A stretch of 64,000 nucleotides of DNA from NCBI RefSeq assembly GCF_009914755.1, contig NC_060935.1. The stretch is one strand, 5' to 3'. A program made the position numbers and the translations under genes. Positions 1 to 14,856 of the stretch are shown here, piece after piece; position 1 is the first letter of the stretch; the number at the start of each line of letters is the position of its first letter. The notes under the pieces were generated by a model. The model was not told the DNA's origin and ran no database searches. It worked only from the letters and a program-made list of their open reading frames with translations. The stretch comes from the human T2T-CHM13v2.0 reference genome, Homo sapiens.

Positions 1-165
1 GTTACTAACCAAATTTACTCACCTCTTCTGTGAGAAAGAAATGTTTAATAGTTATGAAGGCAATGAATTAGCTAACAAGAACTCATGGGATATGGATGAA
101 GCTAGGAGTACCATTAGGGAACGGGATGTCAACTTGTGCTTAGATGTGGAATCTTTGATATTTAC

Positions 166-390
166 CAAATCTTTCCTGGAGGTTATATCTCTGTTGATAT
201 TTTTTTCTTTTTTTCTCTCCAGTGAAATTAAAGATTCTGCACTACCAATGCTTGATGTCTGTGACATTTCCACCACCAAAACTGGAGGAACCCTTGTTTT
301 GCTGGAACATACACAAAGTACATCTTTCTGAGAAGCAGATGAACAGTCGGGGCATTTTGTGGATTTTTTATCTAAGCCACTATCAGCCAT
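166..390 (-). CDS. STK33: STK33 first coding exon, coding part (aa 1-75)
   Basis: The translation MADSGLDKKSTKCPDCSSASQKDVLCVCSSKTRVPPVLVVEMSQTSSIGSAESLISLERKKEKNINRDITSRKDL matches the STK33 N-terminus as I recall it. A phase-0 donor TTG|gtaaat lies at 166/165, exactly where the recalled protein (..KDLPSRT) diverges from the genomic ORF. Confidence 0.95.
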
Positions 391-551
391 TTGTTTAACT
401 CTGCAACAAAAGCAACTTTAAAAATGTTTCCACTGTTTGAGGAAGAAAACCAGGCCAAAAAGGATAAGGTAGTTGATGGTGAAAACTGTAATTTCGAACT
501 GGTGAAGTCCTCAGGTTAAGGATGCACTAGACACATATTCACACGTGAGAG
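391..551 (-). other. STK33: 5'-UTR part of the STK33 ATG-containing exon
   Basis: Strong minus-strand acceptor ttatttcttttctttctgcag|CTCTC with the AG at 553-552. A second candidate acceptor, gcttttgttgcag|AGTTAAACAAATG, lies at 402-401. Confidence 0.8.
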
Positions 552-1569
552 CTGCAGAAAGAAAAGAAATAACCATTTAGAGAAATTCTTAACCTATTAC
601 CATCCTGGAAATCAGAGAAAAGCTAGCAACTAGCACTAGAAGCATCCTGTATAGACATGAAAAGGACAAAATAGGACCACAAAACTGGTGAAAAGCATGG
701 TCTAAAACAGCATCTTATCAAACTGCGTAGTGGGTTATGAAATCCATTTTGTGGGTTGATACCACTTTTTAAAAATAAAGTAGAATCAAAGAGATAATAT
801 TTAGCATACCTCCTTGGAAATTTCTGTGAAACTTTTAATTGGACAGACATATATGTATAGAGTGTGTGTGTGCGTGTGTACTTGATCACAGTATGAAATG
901 TATTTCTTAATGTGGGTTGTGGTTTTTAAAAAGGCTTAAAATATTGGTGTTAAACATACATTACTATGGTTTCAAATTTTAAACCTTAATCTATTGATTA
1001 TTAGAGCAAATTCCTATTACATACTTTACAAAGGAGTGAATAATTCGATTTTTAGAAAACTAGCTAATCCTAAAAGTTTAAGTATCCTCATAAGTATCCT
1101 CATTTTTATATTGAGCAAAAATAAAAATGAGTGGGTGCTATTTTTCCCTGAGTCTAAAATAGGTATGGCAGCATTTTACTTAACTAGGACCATTGGCAGC
1201 TGCATGGTGGCAAGTTGGAAAGATCTCAGTTGAGGAGGAAGAAAAATACACTCTGCAGTACATATAAAGGAGTACTTTGAGAAACTTCCAGAAGTAATTG
1301 GGAGTACATTATTATGGTTTTATGCTATACCATTTCAGACAGTCTTTAAAAGTAGATTCTGTAGTCATAGATTGATAAACCTGGGGATATATGCAATATA
1401 CTGTTATCCTTTGAACTGGAATAAACTTGACTAGAATAGGAAATTAAATATATTTATTTCATTAAAGAAATACCTGGTTTTCTAATCAGAAAGCTGTGCT
1501 TTTATCAAATCCTTATCTATTGTGATTGGCAGGAAAATCTGCCAGGCTCATACGATTTTATAAAAGATA

Positions 1570-1745
1570 TTGCTAGTAGTTTACCTAAAAGTTGTCCTCT
1601 CATTCTTTCTTACTAACAGAATCCTGATCTTCTTTGGGGCAGCAATGTGCTCATTAACATCCTACATTTCCGGGCTTCTCTTTTAGATTAGGGGTAGCCA
1701 TGTGACTTATGGCCATTAAGCTTAACAGAATGCAGGCAAAGCTGC
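1570..1745. mobile_element. Old ERVL LTR fragment (LTR16-like)
   Basis: The motif ttactaacagaatcctgat...ctacatttcc...ttaggggtagccatgtgact resembles LTR16. Confidence 0.45.
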
Positions 1746-1929
1746 ACTTAAAAGAAAATTTATATTCTTAAACCTTTATTAAAATCAGAGGAGAAAGGAT
1801 AAAAATATACTAAGTGTGCAGTCAAATCTAAAAGATAGAAAAACATAATTAAAGAGTAAGCTTAAGAAACAGAAATGACAAAGAAATTTTGTTGAATTTT
1901 GCCTATACGGTCCCAAATAAACGTACTCT

Positions 1930-2200
1930 TCACTACCTCTCAGCTTTCATATCTCCTTTCTCTCAGATACAGTAGCCTCTTGCTGCTCCTCTAATATGCC
2001 AAGTATACTCCCTTCTCAAGGCTTTGCCCTTCTGCTTCCTCTGCCTGGGATGCTCTTCCCTCAAACATTCACACGGTCTGCTCCCATGCTTCACTGTGGC
2101 TTCTGCTCATTTGAAAGGCTTTCCTAACCACCTCATCTAAAACAACAAGCCCATGCCCTCTCCCCCCTTACCTTGCTTTGTTTTTCTTCATGCCACTTAT
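1930..2200 (+). mobile_element. L2 fragment
   Basis: Pyrimidine-rich L2 3' motifs (gctttgccc..cctctgcctgggatgctcttccc..ctttcctaaccacc). Confidence 0.6.
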
Positions 2201-2622
2201 CATTTCACTCAGGAAGTTTCATAGCAGAGTCCTCTCCTACTTTTATTGAACAGATGATTCTTATATAAATGGTTTCAGAGCATGCAAAGCCATCCGGTTC
2301 ATTTTATTCACTTAAAATAACCAAAATCTGACCATAGTAGTATTCCCCAAAAGGGGGATTTACAGGTCAGTCTCATTTGTAAATAGATTTTAAAATCCTA
2401 AATGCTGTACTTACATTTACCCCAGGTAATGTATATAGTATATTATAAGATTATTAAATAGAATAGATAAGTCTGCCCAATAAATATGACCTTTCATCAA
2501 AGTGGTGGGAAAAAAATTTCTATTGTGATTAAAACTCATAATGGAGAGTATGAGGACAGGTACATTAAAAGTGCCCTCCAGACAGGCAGAGGAAGAAAAG
2601 AATGCAACTGATGCCACTCAAA

Positions 2623-2624
<2 letters not shown>

Positions 2625-2668
<44 letters not shown>

Positions 2669-2669
2669 A
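2625..2669 (+). repeat. (CA)n microsatellite
   Basis: About 22 AC units, seen directly. Confidence 0.98.
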
Positions 2670-2688
2670 TCTCTTATAAACACTTAAC

Positions 2689-2770
2689 CTGGTTTTTCAA
2701 GAATATGTAGCAAGACAAAGAAAATTCAGAATGTACCTGTATCACTTTCCAAAATGATTTAACTTCAGGC
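2689..2770 (-). other. STK33: Candidate small STK33 5'-UTR exon (donor at 2689 or 2737)
   Basis: Acceptor aaacattttcttctag|GCC at 2772-2771. Possible donors are CAG|gtacat (2737) and CAG|gttaag (2689). Motif-only prediction. Confidence 0.3.
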
Positions 2771-4619
2771 CTAGAAGAAAATGTTTTGCATTTCAGGTTA
2801 AATATAAAACCCATAACCATCAATGACTCAGAGCAGTGGAGTAGATCTGCAAATGATAGGCTTTCTGTTTGGGAAAAATAGTGCTTTCTCTCTGAGGTGT
2901 AGAGAAGTCCCATGTCAGATGTGTAAAACATCATTTTTTGCATACATTAAGAATATTGATTTTATGGTACTTTTTATAAGAAATTGTAAGAAGTATTCGT
3001 AACGTACAGGTTTATTTAACTGCAGCTGAGTTCTTTCATGATAAACAGTACTCCTAAAAGCATACTTACCATATCCTTCAAGGTTTACAAATATATATAT
3101 TCACAAATTTTCAATGGAATCTTTAAATATTAAAATTTTCATTTTAAGATAGATTTTGGGGGATCTAAAAACAGCTATTCTTTTCTTAGCTTTGTTCAGA
3201 AAGCATTTCCTTTAATTTTCATCAATTTTTCAATAAGTCATTATCATATCACTGACATTGTCACAGACTTCTGAGTACTTTCTCGCTCCAGTCTTCTAAT
3301 TTATCAGTTGCCTTAGAAGTACTTGGTAGCTATATGCATAAAGCATAGGATTTCTTTCTATTACTCACTGAGAAGTTTCATTTTTGCTCTCCAGTCTACC
3401 AAGTGCTATATTTGCCAAAATAATGTTCTACTTTCTTACCACAGCAATTCTAAAACAACAGGTTGAATAGCTGCATGCAAAATTTCTTGACAAGAATTAG
3501 ATTTCAAATTTAACTTCTTTTTGGCTGGCTGAATTCTAATTATTTTAGTTTAAACAAAAACCAAGATAGAACAAATGTTTACTCACATTTATTTCTTTCT
3601 CATTTACGAATTGATCTGAAAGATTTGTTACTAAAACAAATCTACTATTTCACAGGACAAATGATGTCACTCATATTTTAGAGGCTTAAAATTAATCAAG
3701 TATTGCAAACTTATGTAAACACAAAGATTAATAGCTCTTTTTCTATAGAATCATGGAATTATGTTTAAACAGGACTTTAGATATAAAAATATGTATTACA
3801 AAAACCAAAGAATCTTCTAATACAATAATGTTTCTTTGTGTCTCCAAAGATTGGACATACATAGGTACTGGACATAATATAAGCAAATAAAATAAGTTCA
3901 AATTATGTCAGTACTTAACTAATACATGAGCCTTCCTTTGGCTTAAGGTTTTCATTTTATTTTTAGAACTAAGGCAAGTCAATAAAACAATTCTGATAAT
4001 GAAAATCCCTGGGCTTTAATTTAATCATAAAAAGGTCTTTTACATATTGGCCCTAGAAGATACACTTACAGCAATTTCCTCAAGAAAATGAACACAAGAA
4101 TGGTTTTATAAGATATAACTAGCTATAATTTTCTTCTCCAAAAGCAATTTTTTTAGTTTTCTTTGCTAAGACTGTGTCTACAAGAAACCTAAATAGTCAA
4201 TTCAGTCAAAATGTGTTTTATTCAAGTAAAGGGGAAAAAAAAAAAAACTTACGAATTGTCTGACATTCTGCAGACCAAGCCAAATGACTGACTGCTTTAG
4301 TAACATGTTTACAAAGCCTAAAGAAGGGCCCAGTGAGTTTTCTAGATGATATTGCTATATTTTAAGGAAGACTAGCACTTGTTTATTCTTTTCATTAAGG
4401 GCATGATTAGGAAAATGAGTCTGTATTGTCTTATAAAAGGATTTACAGTATATTTAAAATTCACATTATTTCAGAATTTTTTTAAATGTTTGAGTGATGT
4501 TTACTATTAACTTTTCCTTTCTATTTTAATTTGCATGATGTTCCTCACTGATTAAGCAGTAATACGGAAGGACAGTCTTAAATGTGGCCCCTATACTGAC
4601 AGTTAAAAGCGAGAACAGA

Positions 4620-5470
<851 letters not shown>

Positions 5471-5896
5471 TTAGTTAGAAAAACAGGCAGGAATATTGGA
5501 AAAGTCGTCAAAGAAATGAGGGGATCATATGGAGAAGAGATATCTCAAAGGGAATGTGAGAGCTCTCTTCACATTTCTGAAGAGGATTAGGCATATGGGA
5601 TTAGACTTCTACGTGATTTGAAGAGACAGTGGGTGCCGATTTCCATCTAATATAAAGGGCTTCCTGACATTTACAGCTGTCAAAGATAAAAGGAAAGACT
5701 ATCTCAGGGACTACAAGTGTTTGAGTAGAGGCTGGAGCATCAGGTGGAAGAAGGGAAGCAATGGGGGAATTTAAGCACAGACTAGGACGTATTGAGGTTC
5801 CTTCTAGCCCTAAAATTATATGAAGATGAATCACTCCCAACGATCATCTGAGATGTAGCAGACATTTAAAGGAACAGAAGTGGCAGTGTTCCTCAC

Positions 5897-6101
5897 CTCC
5901 ACTGTAGAGATTTCAATATTATAATGGGGATCCAGATCAGACCAAACCAGTTACAGCCCTAAAATTCACCTCAGTCAACATGAACTCCATCTGGAACAGA
6001 GCAGCATTATTGGAATTTACCCTGGAGTGGGGAGGGGCGTAGTGAGATGCAGGGAGGAGATGAGCCAGAAGGCCGGATGTGCTGAGAAGTAGTGGCCCTG
6101 C
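5897..6101 (-). other. STK33: STK33 non-coding 5'-UTR exon (205 nt)
   Basis: Very long polypyrimidine tract ttttttcttctattttttatctttttcttttctag|GCAG (AG at 6103-6102) and donor GGAG|gtgagg at 5897/5896. The sequence is non-repetitive and more GC-rich than its surroundings. Confidence 0.7.
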
Positions 6102-8069
6102 CTAGAAAAGAAAAAGATAAAAAATAGAAGAAAAAATATTGTAAGAAAAAGGAAATAATCCCGCCTTCCCCTTCATGAAATCAGAGAATAGGTCTAAGAG
6201 CGAGCAAGGGGGCCCACATGTAGCTAAGGCAGACAAAAAATTCAATAGATTCTTGAAGAAGTAAAACCACTCTAAGGATCCAAACAGGAAGGCTCTGCTG
6301 TGCTCCATCCAGGAAGCTGAAAAGAAAATAGTCTCCTCATACTCAGGAATCTTAATCCAATAAGCAAAAGATCAATAAGATCAGGAATTTGAGAGTAAAT
6401 CTGGGAAGTCTGCTAGCTTTGACTATCAAGCACCAATTAAAACTTTTTCACTAATAAATATATTAATGTAAAATTCCATAGTCAGAGTGCCTGTCCTCTA
6501 CGTCAAACATTCTCAAGAGTACCGAGAGAGAGGAGCTGTCCAAAGCCAGCAACTTTCCAGGAAACTAGGTAGTTAGCTGAGGAAATGTGTGATGTAACAT
6601 TCTGACTTGGATGTTTCATTCCACATGAGGAAAGGCACTCTGATCCTCAAGATCACTTTCAAGGGTTGAAAGCACAATCGAAGGGTCCAGGCAACTTTCC
6701 CCTTATAGCCAGACCTCTGCAAACTTGACAACTCCAAACAGTCTACAACAAAACACCAACAACAGATTCCAAAATCCCTGTCTTCAAGTTTTAGCAGAAA
6801 TAATATTAATTTAATAAAACAGAAACAACAACAAAAACTACTCTGAACTGTGAGCCCCTCCAGGGCAGGAACCATGTCCTATTTACATTGCCATTTATGT
6901 CCAGCAAAAGACGTCCATTAAGTAAGGATTATTGACTGAAAGTCATTAACTGATTGATGGAAACAGTGTTTTGGAGCTTACAAATACAATAAACAAGGCA
7001 AGTACCCAGCATAAGGCAGACAATGACCTGACATGTAAAAGAAGTCTGAATGTATCTGTGGAGTCTCCAAGGCCAAAAACTGCACCTCCACCATAATGCA
7101 GTCCTCACTCCATCTTGTAGCTTTCCTTTCAGAGCAAAACTTCAAAACCCCTACACCTAGCCTGACTCCAGCCAGGCTAAATTTCCACCTGATTCTGAAA
7201 GGCTTCCTATCAGACAAGATGCTATAACTGCACCCCCATCTTATGTTCTAGACAACATTTTTGGTTTTCAGGAGTCTAGAAGGATATAAACACATAAGTA
7301 TTTATTTTGGTGATGGACCATATTGTCAAACCCAAGGGCTTCTCCTGGCCTTACCTACTCCCCAACATCTATAGGCATTGGTCATAATAAACATTATTAT
7401 TAATATCTTCATATTCAACAAAATATCAATATTTTTGCAGACAGAGTAACTAACAATAACTGGTTTGTTTTTCTTTCATAATAAAGCGTGTAAATCATAG
7501 CTAAGACCAAAAAGATTCATGTGAGACATAAGATAACTTTCCAGGCTCCCCAGCCACGTAATTTCAAGTAAGAATGCTTGTTTTCTGGGAGAGCCTGTTT
7601 CCTTTGATCCCAGTGATGAGCCAGTTATCCACAGCACACAAATCCCAGACTCGTAGCCAGAACAAAAGCATTTAGAATGTCATAGCTGAGGAATAAATGT
7701 GCCATGGCTGTTAAATTCAGCAAAACAGGAAAGAAGAGAAGAGTGCATGTGGCACCAGAACTACCCAATAAGAAAAGGCACTTAATGGCAAGTTTTCTAT
7801 AAGTCTGACCAGTAAGAGCATCTAGAGGGCAGTTAGGAGTCCAGCAAAGAGCATCAGAGGTCCAAGAGAACAGGCCAAATGAGAATCCAGCCATCTAATA
7901 GTTTATGTATATATCCAGCACACACTTTAATACCTGTGATATACTAAGGACTGAATTATGGATAAAGAGATTATGAAGGCATAGGTTTCACTCATAATGA
8001 TTACGATAATGATAATAAATATGAACAAAGTATAAAAGTGATACAAAAGATGGAGTGGCCCAGGAAGTA

Positions 8070-8620
<551 letters not shown>

Positions 8621-11429
8621 TACTCACTTGCTGAGGGAAAGTTTCATGGGGAAGGTAATACTCAAACTAAGTCACAAGGAATGAGTTAGAGTTCACCTGT
8701 GAACACGTCAAGGAAAGGTTCTCCAAGTAGAGACACCAGCACATGCAAGGGCCCAGAACCTGTGGTTCCAGATGAATGGAAGGAGGTGGTTTCCATTTGA
8801 AGGCAAGAAAAATAGGAGAGAGAAAGTCGAGTCTCTCTCCTGGGATGAGAAGTGAGAAGAAGCACTTTCAGAAAATATTCGGGTTAAATAAGAGTATTTT
8901 CACTGAAGAATAGGCACAAAAGATGGATGGGGTGGAGTGGGACATGAGGCTCTTGTACTGAAGAGCTGCAAAAAAGAAAAGGCTACTGTAATGGAATAGT
9001 CTTAGGTGGGCACTTCCAAAACTGACCCTAATCAGACACAGGTTTTAGTGAACAGAGAGTGGCCACCAAATTCAACACTAACTCTTCAGCAAGCAATTGA
9101 AACTCTGCAATGGAGGGGGCACAGGGCATCAATGTCTGCTGAAAATATAAACTGTAAAGCTAAAGAGCATCAAGAATAGGCTCCAGCCAGTACAATCAAT
9201 CAAAATCTACTGCCGAACGAACATATTAAAATTTAGTGACAAATTCACTATAGTCAGTGTTTCAACGTGACAGAATAAATGGCTTATTTCTAATGAGTGC
9301 CAAAATTACAAAAAATACCAAAGGATGCTTCTCACTGTAACTTCCACAATGAAATATTAAGTTCTTTATTTTATACATATATACACACAAATGCCCCTAC
9401 TCCAAATTCAGTACTATTGCCAATAAAGCTATATCAATTTTAAGAAATAGAACATGAATGTTCTACCATTTGAGAGTCTAAAGACCCCAAGTTTCTAAAC
9501 AGTTATTCAACATTAAAATCTCAAAAGTCTTCTGAGACAATTTTACATCTATTTTTCATGTACACAAACTTAAAACGAAATGTTTGTACTCATGCTAAAG
9601 TAGAAAGAACCCAAGCTTTACTGTCAGACCAACACTCAAATTCCTCCCTAGTAACCTATGTTGTCTCAGCCCCCACATATGCAACATGTATAGATGGTGT
9701 GTATATATCTGAATGGCAGATTTGTTTTAGGGATAAGGTATCATGTATGTAAAGTCCTGATATGTTTTAAGCTCCTAATAAATGGAGGCTTTATTACTGT
9801 TGTGCAACTGTCAAAACCCGATGCATGACAGCATCAGGAAATTATTTTAGCAGTCATAATCTCTCAACCTAATGCTCCAAATATTGTTCTACATGGATTC
9901 TAAGATACAAATTGCCATATAATTAGCTCACAGCTAGCTTAAAATACAACCCTACGGGAGCTTGCTCTAGATGTTTGCAGCTGAGCTGTAGTGGGAATGT
10001 CTTGATGGAATAGCCTACGAGCAACTTGTCATGCTAAATTCTGAATGCTACAAGGCACTCAGATACCACATTTATAAGAATTGTATAATTTAAATATGTA
10101 AATGCTGAATAGCAAAGAGAACATTTTAATTTAGCCAAGACCAAAGTCTATCAAATAAAAATTATTTGACTATATTATACCTTAACAACTGATTGAGAAG
10201 GAATAGTATATATATGATTAGGTTTTCAGAGAAAGGAGGCATCTGTATCCACAGATTTATTTGGTGAGTTTTTGAAACCTTGCAATGGAACTATAAAAAC
10301 AGTGTGATTAAAATCGATAGAGCACATCAATTGGTGATTCTGTTGCCCAAGAAAAGGCAATAAGCCTTAGGCATGTTATTAGTAGATTATACAATTTCAC
10401 TGACAGGTTCAAGATTTTAAAGGCAACTGAGAAGAGAGAGGATTTCTCTTTTGGAGCCAAGGGATTTTTCTCTTCTAAAAGGAAATCATCATGTCCCTTT
10501 AAAAATGAAGATTAAAAATGTCTTCTGTAACATTTGAAAAAATAATATTGTTTTCCTTTATTTCCTAAAATAAAAATACATTGATGATTCTGATTAAAAT
10601 TAAACTGAAAGCTACTTTTGTTGAACAATACTGTATCCAACCACATAGCCATTTAACAAATACCAGAATAATTTGGGAAGTAGAGGTTATAAGTTTATAA
10701 TTTCCAAAAAGTCCATGCAGAAGAATATAAAGTCTAAAAATATGAGTTTCCAGACCTCTTCTGCAAAAATTGTAAGTGATTCTCTTTTCATGTATTAGTG
10801 ATAAAATTATACACTTTTACACAGGCCTTCAAATTCAAAGAACGTTGTTTCAAAGCACACTTTTTAACCAGATAACAAAAGTCATGTAGACATAAATTTG
10901 TCTTATTAAAAAGTGACCAAGTCAAACTGAACCTAAAATCAGCAGGACTTTAGTCAGATATTCCACTATACTACAAACAGAAAATTGCAAAAATGTTCTA
11001 TTGGTTGCTTTATTGTGAAAAGTCCAGAGTAGAAACATCTTTGTGTAGCCTTGGAAAACTAACAGCAACAATTTCATGTAGCTTTATGCTTATAACAGAA
11101 AAGAAAAAGTTGACTATAAAGTTGACCAGTTTAATCACTGAATCTCAATAGGAAATACAAGGCTAGGCTCACAGAAATAAATAAGTTGACTCAGTCATTG
11201 GCTGTATAGCTTTTGCCAAATGAACAGTAAACTCTACTTAGTGGAGCTTAAGTCATTAGACTTACATCAGGCATAATTTTTCAAAGAAAACTACAAAACA
11301 CTACTTTCTCGTCAGTAATATATGTACATACTTGAAAACATATAATAGCTTTATGTTCTAAATAGCTATTGAAATAGATAGCTTTATTAACTAAATAATG
11401 CAAACAATTTTGTTTAGCTTCTCCCTCTC

Positions 11430-12145
11430 CCTCAGTCTCCACATTCAACATTGACAAGTCCATTCTATTTCTAAAACACTTCTCAAATCCATCAGTTTTC
11501 TCTATTCCAAATATCACAATCCTAGTCCACACCACTATCATCTCTTGCCTGGATTACTGCAAGAGTTTCCTAACTGGTCAACCTGACTCCAACTAAGCCA
11601 TCTGATCTCCATACTCTCAAAGCTTTCTCCATACTCTAGCCAGAATACTCTTTCTAATATGCAAATCTGATCATATTTCTTCCCAACAAAAACCACTTCA
11701 GTGGCTCCCAAAAGCACTGAGATTAAAGTGATCCCTTAACATGACATACAGGAGCCTGTGTGATATGGTCTCAGCTTACTTCTTCAGGCTTAACTCATAC
11801 TACTTCCTTAACAAAATTTGCCAACATACAGAACTTCTTTCATTTCCTGGAATCCAGTGCTTTCTCTAGGCCTTCTTATGTGTACTCTCAGCCTGGAACA
11901 CTCTTTCCCATTCCTCTCTTCATCTGTATAATTCCTACTCTTCCTGCAAATCTTAGCTTAGACATCATCTCCCCTGAAATTCTCTTAAAATCTTGAGTCT
12001 TGGTTGAGTCTCTGCCTCTCCTATGTACACTTACTATATCATACTCTGAATTGTACTTGGTCACCTCCTTGTCTGTATCCTTCACTATACCCAAAGCTCC
12101 CTGAAGGCAGAGATGGTGTTTATGTTGTTAGTCACTGTTTATCAG
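11430..12145 (+). mobile_element. L2 3' region
   Basis: Typical L2 motifs catctcttgcctggattactgcaa..cctaactggtc and aagctccctgaaggcag. Confidence 0.75.
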
Positions 12146-12159
12146 GTGAGAGAATGACA

Positions 12160-13200
12160 TAATAAGATGTGCTTTTTGGAAAGCACATTCTACCTTCAGT
12201 ATAGAGAATGTATAGAAGGCAGGACAAGGCAGGAGATGTAAAGCAGCAAATCATTACAATTGTTTTAAGCAAGATGAAATTGTGGCCTTAACTAGGAAAG
12301 CAGAATCAGGGATGGGAAAAGTAGACAAATTCTAGAGGTATTTAAGATGTATAGTGATAGAACTTGGTAACTAATCAGTTATGACCTGATGAGGGAAAGA
12401 GAAAAGTCAATACATTGAAAACTGAGATAGATAGCAGCCATTTACTGAGACAGTAAAGACAGGAGGAAGAACAGATCTGGAGTAAAATAACCAGTTCAGT
12501 TTGGGATGTGCCAAGTTTGCTTTGTCTTAATTACACCAAAATGGAGTTGTAAGAGGTAGTGGATATTTAGGACCAGAGACAAGGAGAAATCTAGGTAGAA
12601 AACATGAATTTAAGAGTTATTTCACAGAGGCCGGGCACAGTGGCTCATGACTGTAATCCTAGCACTTTGGGAGGCAGAGGCTGGTGGACTGCTTGCGCCC
12701 AAGAGTTTGAGACCAGTCAGGGCACTATGGCAAGACCCCGTCTCTACAAAAAGTACAAAAATTAGCTAGGCGTGGTGACACACCTGTAGTCCCAGCTACT
12801 CAGGAGGCTGACATAGGAGGATCACCTGAGCCCAGGAGGTCAAGCCTGCAGTGAGTTGTGATCATGCCACTGGACTCCAGCCTGAGTGACACAGTGAGAC
12901 CCAGTCTCAAAAAAAAAAAAAAAAAAAGAGAGAGAGAGAGAGAAAGAGAGTTACTTCATAGAAAAGGCACCTGAAGTCATGCATATAGGTGAGATCATCC
13001 AGGAAGGATATGTAGAATGGAAACAAGAGAACCAAGAAAAGAATTCTGAATAACATTAACTTCTAAAGGATAATCAGAGGAAGTCTTCAGTGGACTGAAG
13101 AATGGAAACGGTGTCCATAAAGGCAGCAAGGAGGTCATTTCTTGAAGGGAAGATTGGTCAAAAGCCAAATGGCTCAAAATTTTCAAATAAGATGAAGACT
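12160..13200 (-). mobile_element. L2 fragment (inverted), interrupted by an AluJ
   Basis: Purine-rich L2 antisense motifs (gccatttactgaga, ccagttcagtttggg, gatgaagact). Confidence 0.6.
12629..12927 (+). mobile_element. AluJ with an A/(GA)n tail
   Basis: AluJ diagnostics (gcttgcgccc, gaggatcacctgagccc). Degenerate TSD agagttatttcacaga/agagttacttcataga. Confidence 0.9.
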
Positions 13201-14463
13201 AAAAAATTATATTTAAAAGTTGAGCTGTGGAATACCATCAGCAAAAATGGCAGATTAAGGATCTCCAAAATTTTTCTCATCCACAAAAGCAATGAAAAAA
13301 TGGCAAAAAAAATCAGAATAAACTTTTTCATAACTCTAGATATTAACTAAAGGCTTGCAGTAACCCAAAAAGCATGCATGTGTGAATGAATGAATATCAG
13401 TAAGAACAACAAGCTTCGTGGCATTTTAACTTGCCTTAGTCCCATCTCTGACTCCCTTATCTCCACAATAAAAATAATCGTGAAAAGTAATAACCCACAA
13501 TCCTGGTGCAGCTTAACAGCTACTGGAGAAAGGAAAATGGAGCTAGGGCTCTTTCAAATGTTCATTCCCAAGAACTGTCATTATTTTACCATCTAGTGGT
13601 TCCCTGGAATAACCCACTTATAAGTCAGTCTGTATTTGGCCTAACTCAGGGCTTGCCAGTACAAAATGCCTCCTTCCCAGGGATTTGTAATTGTTGAAAA
13701 TAATTACAAGCAGGTGTTTTAACTTCACAGTTGCCCAAGGCAGTTGATAACACTTGGAGCAACAACAGACTAACCAAAAAGTTTAAAAGAAAAAGCTGGA
13801 AAATTAGATCTCTGTAGGGGCTTTGAAAAACTCCAACATATTCCTAGGAATCTAGGAAGCTACACACACACATAGGGCTATATGCATGCACAGGAAAGAC
13901 TTGAGAAGCTCCTAAACTCTAATCTCTGGCTGACCTGGAAGCTCTGCACAAGCAGGAAGTGAAGGCTAAGGTAAGTTGTCAACCACCTTGCTTAGTGTTG
14001 CAAGTGTAGCCCAACATGCACGTAGAGTTCCTTGGCAAAGAATGGGTGATTTATTGCTTCTAGGCATTGGAGGAAATCTTTTCCAATCATTAGCTGACCA
14101 CCAAGATAAACAAGTAGACACTTCAATGGTCACAAACAATATAGATTATAGTCTTCAGACAAGTAGTTCAGAAAGGTCACCAAACTACTACCACTACAAC
14201 CAGCAGCAACAAAACACCCTGGGGAGGGGAGAGTATCTGATTTCCAGAGTTGCCACATATAAAATGTCCAATTTTCAACAAAAAATTATGAGATATGGGA
14301 AAGAAAACAAGCAAACATGGCCCATACAGAAGGAAAACAAAGTAATCAGTGGAAACTGCCCTAAGGAGGCCCAAATGTTGAACTTACTAGACAAAGACTT
14401 TAAATGAACCGTTTTAAATATGTTCAAAGTGCTGAAAGAAACCATGTCTAAAGAACTAAAAGA

Positions 14464-14787
14464 GGCTGGGCATGGTGGCTCACGCCTATAAACCCAGCAC
14501 TTTGGGAAGCTGAGGGGGAAGAACTGCTTGATCCCAGGAGTTCAAGACCAGCCTTGGCAACAGAGCTAGACCCTATCTCTAGTAATGTAAAGAATCAGCC
14601 AGGCATGGTGGCATGCACATATGGTCTGAGCTACTTGGGAGACTAAGGTGGGAGGATTACTTGAGCTCAGGAGTTTGAGGCTTCAGTGAGCTATGATCAC
14701 ACTACTATACTCCAGCTTGGGTGACAAAGCAAGAAGCTATCTCCAAAAAAAAAAAAAAAGAAAAAAAAAAAAGAAAGAAAAGAAAAG
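14464..14787 (+). mobile_element. AluJ
   Basis: Diverged Alu. TSD aaagaactaaaaga on both sides. Confidence 0.9.
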
Positions 14788-14856
14788 AACTAAAAGAAAG
14801 TATAAAGGTATAAATATATTATATTACACCAAATATAGATGATCAATAAATATATA

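Noticed and set aside
52-165. C-terminal part of the 112-aa ORF 52..390
   Set aside because: It is read-through into the intron past the gtaaat donor at 165 and is not part of STK33 as I recall it.
2172-2236. Possible extra STK33 UTR exon (donor AAG|gtaagg at 2172)
   Set aside because: The donor is good but the candidate acceptor (caataaaagtag) lacks a pyrimidine tract, so sequence alone cannot support it.
3070-3164. Candidate exon with a strong donor ATG|gtaagt at 3070
   Set aside because: The acceptor is weak and the body is very AT-rich. Such motifs are common by chance.
13976-14407. 143-aa ORF
   Set aside because: It lies within the 5' region of the old L1M, has a non-ATG start and has no recognisable domain.
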